Both the position numbers and the translations under genes were made by a program. The notes beneath the pieces were generated by a model, which did no database searches, had not been told where the DNA came from, and was given only the letters and a program-made list of their open reading frames with translations. This document shows positions 57,866-64,000 of a stretch of DNA of 64,000 nucleotides, in pieces. Within the stretch, counting starts at the first letter, position 1. Each line of letters starts with the position of its first letter. Origin of the DNA: Candidatus Velthaea sp. (GTDB taxonomy: Bacteria > Vulcanimicrobiota > Vulcanimicrobiia > Vulcanimicrobiales > Vulcanimicrobiaceae); assembly GCA_965214935.1 (NCBI GenBank), contig CBDCCS010000016.1, forward strand, positions 96,001 through 160,000, written 5' to 3'.

Positions 57866-58795
57866 ATGCATGTTTTTGTTACCGGCGGTACCGGTACGAT
57901 CGGCTGCCCAGTCGTCGCTGAACTCCTTGCTAACGGCCACACCGTCCTTGCGCTAGCCCGCTCTGAGTTATCCGCGCGCGCGCTCGAAGAGGCCGGTGCA
58001 CAGACGCTGCGAGGCGACCTTGCCGATCTCGACGCCTTACGCGCCGGTGTGGCGCAATCAGATGGCGTCATTAGCTTAGCCTTCAGTCCGAACTACAGTA
58101 GCGCGGATGGGCTTGCGCTTGCCGTTACGGAGGAGAGCACCGCTTTGGCAGTCTTGGGTAACGCGCTGGCCGACAGCGACCGTCCAATCGTCACGGTCTC
58201 GGGAACGCCTTGGATACCCGGCCGCCCCTCCACTGAAAGCGATCCGTTGGCGACCGATGGACCTGTCGGCGGTCGTGCCCGCTCCGTGAATGCGCTTCTA
58301 GCGTTGGCCTCGCGAGGTGTTCGCCCGATCGCAGTCCGGATGCCGCGCACCGTCCACAATGAGGGGAAAGGCGGATTTGCCGGCATTTTGACCGATGTCG
58401 CACGTCAGTCAAAAGTGGCGGGGTACCCAGGTGATGGAAATCAGCGCTGGCCGGCCGTCCACGCTCTCGACGCAGCGGTCCTTTTCCGGCTCGCCCTTGA
58501 ATCGGCACCGGGCGGAACAGCCTGGCACGCTGTTGCCGATGAAGGCGACGCTGTACGCGACATCGCAGCAGTCGTCGGCCGGCGGCTGGGGTTGCCGGTC
58601 AAGGCCGTACCCCAGGAAGCATTCGGCCCGTTTGGCGGGATCTTCGCAATGGATCAGCCCGCGTCCAGTGCTCACACCCGTGATGCCCTTAAATGGCAGC
58701 CGAAACATCCTAGCCTCTTAAGCGACCTGGAGAATCTTCGACCCGGAAGACCGGCAACCAAACCGCGTTACAACGGTGCATTTTCTAAGCCCTAA
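57866..58795 (+). CDS. Atypical SDR / NAD-dependent epimerase-dehydratase family oxidoreductase
   Basis: VFVTGGTGTIG, GDGNQRWPAVHALDAA.LFRLALE, LKWQP.HPSL; divergent from TetR. Confidence 0.9.
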   Translation: MHVFVTGGTGTIGCPVVAELLANGHTVLALARSELSARALEEAGAQTLRGDLADLDALRAGVAQSDGVISLAFSPNYSSADGLALAVTEESTALAVLGNALADSDRPIVTVSGTPWIPGRPSTESDPLATDGPVGGRARSVNALLALASRGVRPIAVRMPRTVHNEGKGGFAGILTDVARQSKVAGYPGDGNQRWPAVHALDAAVLFRLALESAPGGTAWHAVADEGDAVRDIAAVVGRRLGLPVKAVPQEAFGPFGGIFAMDQPASSAHTRDALKWQPKHPSLLSDLENLRPGRPATKPRYNGAFSKP

Positions 58796-58820
58796 ATTCG
58801 GCAACCAAACTTCCGCTTTT

Positions 58821-59480
58821 TCAAGACACCGCGCGCGGAACAGTCGCCGTCGACGCGGACGGCGATGTCGCGACGTCAGCCGCTTGTGCTCGGTATTCCG
58901 CCATCGGGCCTTCGACGCCAAGGAGTTCCCGAAAGGAAATCGAGATCTCCTCGAGCGACCGCGCCGCATCGCTACGCATCACTTTGATGACGTCATGCAA
59001 ATCGATGGCCGGCGGAATGTCGAGCGCTGCTTTCGCAAGAACTTTTTGTAGCGAAGAGACGGAGCTTCTCAAATCGTCAACTTGGTCACTAACAGCCTTC
59101 GGGAACCATATGCGATTCGCTAAGTAGTAGGTAATAAAAGCGTGCACGGCCTCGCTAAAAGATGCGACCGACTCATTTGAGACGGTCTTTTCGACGGCAA
59201 GGTAATTTAGTAGCGCCTCAACGTTTACGATTTTGATATAGAGATCTTTGATTGCTTGTAGGCGCTCGGTTTGCAGCGCGGAAAACATTGTGTGGAGCCG
59301 GTCGGTTTGCCACTGCAGTGAAGCCTTGAGCGGTTCGACTTTCGCGTTGACCGCGTCGAGTAACTGCGCTTTATCGCGTTCGAGACGCGCATCGAAATAA
59401 TATTTTGCGATCAGCTGCACCGTTGCGGAAACAACGGCCGACGATACCAGTGATGTCCACATCGTCGTTACGTCGGACAT
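58821..59480 (-). CDS. Hypothetical helical protein with an N-terminal hydrophobic anchor
   Basis: 219 aa; N-terminal hydrophobic segment, then amphipathic or coiled-coil-like helices; TAATG-coupled to the HEPN gene. Confidence 0.7.
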   Translation of the reverse strand: MSDVTTMWTSLVSSAVVSATVQLIAKYYFDARLERDKAQLLDAVNAKVEPLKASLQWQTDRLHTMFSALQTERLQAIKDLYIKIVNVEALLNYLAVEKTVSNESVASFSEAVHAFITYYLANRIWFPKAVSDQVDDLRSSVSSLQKVLAKAALDIPPAIDLHDVIKVMRSDAARSLEEISISFRELLGVEGPMAEYRAQAADVATSPSASTATVPRAVS

Positions 59481-59887
59481 TACGGCGATGTCCCGTCTAC
59501 AATGCCGGGCGCCGGGAAATCGAAACGCGCGGCGCAGTAAGCAATGAGCGCCTGCGCGTCGCGCCGCGCACCAAGCGCGTCTTCAACGCTCGGGCTGTCG
59601 ACCGGATCGTAATCTTCGGCGGTTTTGAGGTCAAAAGCACGATTGAAGGCTGCTCCATGCAAGCTGCCGTCGGGCGCGACGGCGGCGCCGAATGCCGCAA
59701 TGATCGCCGTTTCAGCCGGCGGCGCCGTCTTGCCCAACACGAGCAACACCGCGATCGCCGCATTGCGCATCGCGCCGAAGCTCGAAACGATAACCGGCCC
59801 TGGCGAACTCTGCACGTTTACCTGCGTAGCATCGTCGAGTTTGCGCAGCGCCTTCTGCCACACCACAAGTGCTTCCGGACTGCTCAC
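59480..59887 (-). CDS. HEPN-domain protein (UPF0332-like), divergent
   Basis: WQKALRKLDDA...AMRNAAIAVL...IIAAFG...FNRAFDLKTAEDY has the HEPN layout; directly downstream of an MNT. Confidence 0.72.
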   Translation of the reverse strand: MSSPEALVVWQKALRKLDDATQVNVQSSPGPVIVSSFGAMRNAAIAVLLVLGKTAPPAETAIIAAFGAAVAPDGSLHGAAFNRAFDLKTAEDYDPVDSPSVEDALGARRDAQALIAYCAARFDFPAPGIVDGTSP

Positions 59888-60198
59888 TACAGCGCGCGAC
59901 CGACGGCGCGGATATGACCCAAAAATTGCGAACGTTCCGCTCGTCGACGCGCGCGCAGCACGACTGGCCTGAAATCGTAACCACGTAACACAAAGGGGTA
60001 CGCGATATCCGATACGACGCGGCGCAAGCGCGTTAAGTCGGCGTCATCACGCACGAAAACGGCGATGTCAAAATCAGAATCTGGCCGATGTGCGCCCGTT
60101 GCGCGCGAACCGAAGAGCAAAACTGCCGAGAGTTCGTCGAGCAGCGCTCTCCGCAAAGCGGCGACGTAAGCTTGCAGCACTTCGGTCTCCAGGACCAT
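59887..60198 (-). CDS. Minimal nucleotidyltransferase (MntA-like)
   Basis: VLLFGSRATGAHRPDSDFDIAV (GS-x10-DxD). Confidence 0.9.
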   Translation of the reverse strand: MVLETEVLQAYVAALRRALLDELSAVLLFGSRATGAHRPDSDFDIAVFVRDDADLTRLRRVVSDIAYPFVLRGYDFRPVVLRARRRAERSQFLGHIRAVGRAL

Positions 60199-60754
60199 CG
60201 CACGATGTTCGCGCCGCCTCTGCGCGTCCCCCGTCCGCTCGAGCGCGCTGCGACCAATGCGTATCTGACCAGCGGCCGACCGCTTAGCATGAAGCTCGGC
60301 ATGAATTCTGGCCCTCCGTACGTACCTGCTTGTCGCATGCACGCGCGCGATGGAAACCGACAGTGCACCGGCAAGTCAGGGCTGACTGGCGCTCATGTCG
60401 CCGTATTGATCGCCGATTACATGCTCGTAATCGTCAAATGTCGCGGTGTTGGTAACGCGTTCCGATTCTGTGGGGCGTCAATCAGCTAACCGTCACGCAA
60501 CGCGAACGCGTTCTAAAGCTTTTGAGAACCGGAATGACTTTGCGTTCGATCGAGCGGCTCACTGGTCACCGCCGCGAAACGATCTCGCGCTAATGCCCGT
60601 AACGAGGGCATCGAAATCCGTTTCAGACACCCAGCGAAGGTAGATCTCGCTTTGCGTGCGCGGAAAACGCCATCGCAATCACTGATGCGGAGAGCTTATG
60701 GCGTGTTGGTTCAAAACTTCTCGAAGCGCATTTGCTCGAAACGTCCTGATGCGA

Positions 60755-62605
60755 ATGGCTGTTCGATCTATTGCTCCCATTCTGATCTTGGTGCTATACG
60801 TGACGCACGCGGCGAGCGAAAGTGCGACGCCGGGTCGCATTGTCGGACGTGTCGATGGTATCGCACGTGACGGCGCGCAGCGATACCTCGAAGGCTGGGC
60901 TTGTCAACAAGGACAAACAAAGCCGATTCGTATCGAAGTGGCAGTCAAAGCGGTACCGTCGTCGCTACTGCGTACCGACGTTGCGGTCGGGCTGGCGAAC
61001 GGTGATGACGAGCCGGCGGTCGACACCGCGTGCAATGTGCCGTCCGGCGGAACACACCGCTTTTCGATCGTGTTACCGCGTTCGCTTCACACTGATGACC
61101 CTTCGCTTCAACTGTACGTCAACGGGAATCGAATCGTCGACGGAGTTCCGAACTCGGAGTTAGCGGGTTCTGGTCAAAAGCTCACCCGATTGCCGGCGCT
61201 CAGCGCTGCACATGCCGATTTGCCACACATCGCGGGAGCATACCGATCGAGTCAACGGCGCCCGCGCGTCTTTTACTCGCCGATGGACATTACCACTATT
61301 GTCGCGCGCATCGATCAGTCCGACGGCTACTCCCGTTCGCGCTTTCGCGATCTTGCAAACCGCGTTGCTCACGATCTTACCGCGTCGATTGATTGGAATG
61401 CCGTCTATGGCGGCTGTCGCGTCAAGACATATCTGTTTGCGTTTTCGTATGAACCGCAAGAGCCGTCATTTCTGATGACGCTACACGCGGATCTGCAACC
61501 GCGGGCCGGCACCCGGCCGTCGGCCGGAGCCGCCGTTGTCGCGGCACGCCTGGCGCTCTACGCCGCGCTTGTACGTGCGGGTGCGGTTCTGCCGGCAGAT
61601 GCGCCGGCTCCGGCGGCAGCGGCCGCGCTCTCCGCTCGAATATTGCTCGCCTGGTCCGATCGCGGCTTCCGCAGCACGACCGGCGGCTACCGGAACTTGT
61701 CGTCATTCAATTGTGACGACATGGGCTCGCGCGATACGACGACGAGTGCCGGCACCGGTTTGCCGTTAGCCCTTGGGCGGGGGATCATCTACAGCGTCGA
61801 TGCCGAGGACTTGCTAGAGTCAATCGATGCGCTTTCGAGGGCCGAACGTGCCCGGCTCGATTCTTTCCATCGGTATGCTTTCGACCTCATTCGTCAATCG
61901 TCGAATGCTTTCGAGGGAACCAACCACGTTGCGTGCGAGCGCTATGCAGACGGTCAAATGAACGCGTTGGCCGCGCTCTTCGCGGTCGCGCGACTCCTTG
62001 ACGACCCGCATGCCCTCGATTCGGTGATGACGGGGCGCGATCCGCGCCGGCCGTTGCTTGTGCCGTTTGATGTCGAGTTCGATCATGCAATTTACGGCGA
62101 TCGCGACCATCCGGCCGAATGCAATGCGAATAGCGGCGCGACCGGCCCAACGAGCCACCCTTCATTTCAAACAGTTACAGTCGATTCCGGCGAGATCATC
62201 GACCGGTATCGAAATGCCACGCCGCTTCAAGGCATGGGCTATCCGATGTTCACGTTGCAGCGCTTGATTGACATCGCGGAGCTACTGCGCGCCTCAGGTT
62301 TCGATCCGTACGGCTATCACGGACAGCATGGCCAGTCAATTACAAAGGCGCTCGACTTTTACGCATGCTATGGGCAGCAGCCTGGATTTAGTGCCGTCGT
62401 GACGCACACGAATGCGTCGGCATGCGGCAACGTCGCACAATACGAAGGCAAAATCGTTGACGGCGTCGACCAAATGTCGCTCTTCGGCACGTTTCGATTC
62501 CCGAATGACGAGGCCCTGACACGTGTCGAGCAGCGTGCGCGGACGGCATCCGCAACGAGCGCCTTCGCTCTCGATCCAATCCTATTCGGCCGTTGGCGAA
62601 ATTAA
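60755..62605 (+). CDS. Secreted protein with an N-terminal beta domain and an alginate-lyase-like alpha/alpha domain
   Basis: Signal-peptide-like start; RPRVFY, ARILLAWS, A.LFAVARLLDD, GMGYPMFTL..L...AELL...GFDPYGY....GQSI.KALDFY resemble that fold. Start uncertain (60698/60749/60755). Confidence 0.55.
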   Translation: MAVRSIAPILILVLYVTHAASESATPGRIVGRVDGIARDGAQRYLEGWACQQGQTKPIRIEVAVKAVPSSLLRTDVAVGLANGDDEPAVDTACNVPSGGTHRFSIVLPRSLHTDDPSLQLYVNGNRIVDGVPNSELAGSGQKLTRLPALSAAHADLPHIAGAYRSSQRRPRVFYSPMDITTIVARIDQSDGYSRSRFRDLANRVAHDLTASIDWNAVYGGCRVKTYLFAFSYEPQEPSFLMTLHADLQPRAGTRPSAGAAVVAARLALYAALVRAGAVLPADAPAPAAAAALSARILLAWSDRGFRSTTGGYRNLSSFNCDDMGSRDTTTSAGTGLPLALGRGIIYSVDAEDLLESIDALSRAERARLDSFHRYAFDLIRQSSNAFEGTNHVACERYADGQMNALAALFAVARLLDDPHALDSVMTGRDPRRPLLVPFDVEFDHAIYGDRDHPAECNANSGATGPTSHPSFQTVTVDSGEIIDRYRNATPLQGMGYPMFTLQRLIDIAELLRASGFDPYGYHGQHGQSITKALDFYACYGQQPGFSAVVTHTNASACGNVAQYEGKIVDGVDQMSLFGTFRFPNDEALTRVEQRARTASATSAFALDPILFGRWRN

Positions 62606-62705
62606 CGGGGCGGCGAGCCGCACCCATCGGGCAATGAAACGGGCGCGTTTCTGAGGCTTGGTAGCCTCGTGCGGTCAAAAGACGACACGCTGATATAGTG
62701 GGTTG

Positions 62706-63290
62706 CTAAGCCTTTTGCCGCGTTTCGAGCAGCCAATCGCGCCAAGCATGAGCGATATCGGACGGACTCATTGCACTGCGCATTTCGAGAAAGCGGCCAA
62801 GATGCTGGATAGGCAAGTTCGGAATGGCCAGACTGACGTCGATCGCTTCATAACGGCCATCAGCGAGCTGAACCGCTTGCAGTACGGAGCCGTCATATCG
62901 CCAAAACTCCGCGATACCGATGGCGGAGTAAATGAGCTGCTTGCTGATCCGCGATCGAGAAAGATCGATTTCGATGACTAAATCAGGCGGTGGATCGATC
63001 GACAGATCGAGATTTCGTTTACCGATGAAGCTCGCAGCGCGAGAAATATAGAAACTTGAATCCGGTTCCGCGCCATACTGCGTCCTGAGCGTTGTTGAGC
63101 CGGCGCTTTCAATCTCGATCCGCCACTCGAGAGCAATCGTGCCGATCAGTCGCTCGAGCAGCCGATTACAACGCTCGTGATCCGAACAGGGCGATATCAG
63201 CTCTAACTTTTTCCGTCATAGGCAAAGCGCGTAGCGGCCGCATCGCCGACCTCGCGCAGGCACGAAGGATTCGACGAAGGTAACTTCACT
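62706..63290 (-). pseudogene. Frameshifted Uma2 (DUF820, PD-(D/E)xK) endonuclease
   Basis: Absent from the ORF track. Minus strand reads TRFAYDG, then a shift at the A5 run (63208-63212), then LELISP..DHE...AGSTT...GAEPDSSFYI...DPPPDLVIEID...IYSAIGIAEFWRYDG to TAG at 62706. The 5' end is degenerate. Confidence 0.82.
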
Positions 63291-63489
63291 CACTTTCAAG
63301 GAACCGGCGCCGATCGTGCCGCGCATCATTGCTCGTTCGTCAAGGCGCATCGCCGCGATCCGTTGCCGAATGTTCGGATGGAAGCCTCATTTACCACCGT
63401 TTACGGCCGGACGCCTCAGCAAATGAATGTCGTCCGTCGATCCGTTTCGCGCGCCCGCTATAGATGGAAAGACGGTGGGCGCTAAGTCG

Positions 63490-64000
63490 ATGCGGCCGCC
63501 GTTGCAGCGGATCTCATTAGTGCGCGAGCGTGTTACGGATTGGACAGCGTATCCGTTCGCGGTACCGGCGATTGCGGCGTTCGAGCGTCTCGATTTGACG
63601 AGTCGCGTTCTGTTTTTTGTCGGCGAGAACGGGACCGGTAAATCGACGTTACTTGAAGCAATCGCTCTTGCGTGTGGATTCGGCCGGGAAGGCGGTACGC
63701 GCAATTTCACGTTCTCGACCCAGAGTGAACCGGGCGGCAACCTCAACGCTGCCGAGGCAGCGAGCGACAAGCTCGCCGACGCGCTGCGCTTGTCGTGGAC
63801 GACGAAGCGTCAGCGCGACGGCTTCTTCTTGCGCGCTGAAAGCTTTTACAATGTTGCGACATACCTCGAGCGAAACGACCTGCTTACCTCTTACGGTCAC
63901 ACGTCGTTCCATCACTATTCGCACGGTGAAGCTTTTCTCAAACTCCTCATGAGCCGCTTTTCCGGGCAAGGTCTGTATCTCATCGATGAACCGGAAGCGG
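63490..64000 (+). CDS. COG3910-like ABC/AAA ATPase (truncated by the right window edge)
   Basis: Absent from the ORF track. YPFAVPAI, VGENGTGKSTLLEAIA...GF..EGG.RN, FFLRAESFYN, SHGEAFL, GLYLIDEPEA. Alternative starts at 63427 and 63475. Confidence 0.88.
   Translation, partial: MRPPLQRISLVRERVTDWTAYPFAVPAIAAFERLDLTSRVLFFVGENGTGKSTLLEAIALACGFGREGGTRNFTFSTQSEPGGNLNAAEAASDKLADALRLSWTTKRQRDGFFLRAESFYNVATYLERNDLLTSYGHTSFHHYSHGEAFLKLLMSRFSGQGLYLIDEPEA

Noticed and set aside
62703..62981. 92-aa plus-strand ORF
   Set aside because: Antisense shadow of the Uma2 remnant.
1..64000. CRISPR arrays, tRNA/rRNA, transposases, integrases, reverse transcriptase
   Set aside because: None recognised on reading both strands. 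Short or divergent RNAs could have been missed without tools.

Overview
GC-rich bacterial chromosomal window, mostly housekeeping and metabolic genes, with a decaying accessory tract at the right end. From left to right: the 5' part of dnaG (cut by the window edge); a disrupted secreted beta-propeller gene; a two-gene NitT/TauT-like ABC pair; an HD phosphohydrolase; and a ~13 kb hopanoid cluster. The cluster holds a polyprenyl synthase, hpnH, hpnA, an unusually short AcrB-type RND transporter, a single-enzyme squalene synthase, the C-2 methylase hpnP, shc, hpnB, yqhA and an hpnG-like gene. It adjoins a GNAT plus metallothionein-like pair preceded by a leader-peptide attenuator. Next come the urea ABC transporter urtABCDE; a sugar ABC/YncE/HAD/argB unit divergent from an ARG-box-controlled argF-R-G-H-C-J-D operon; catalase; aldo-keto reductase; alpha2-type glyS; SIS protein plus APC permease; a PoxB-like enzyme; FNT, GT2 and rlmN. 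The right end carries gene remnants, a TetR/SDR pair with three operators, an MNT-HEPN-membrane protein triplet, a secreted alginate-lyase-fold protein, a frameshifted Uma2 nuclease and a truncated COG3910-like ATPase. I saw no tRNA, rRNA, CRISPR array, transposase or integrase. Gene style is suggestive of Vulcanimicrobiota/Eremiobacterota, but that is an unverified inference. All family calls come from recognising motifs by eye, not from database searches. Best candidates for novelty: the 2-methylhopanoid cluster with a docking-domain-less RND in place of HpnN, the attenuated GNAT-metallothionein-hpnG unit, and the MNT/degenerate-HEPN/TM triplet.
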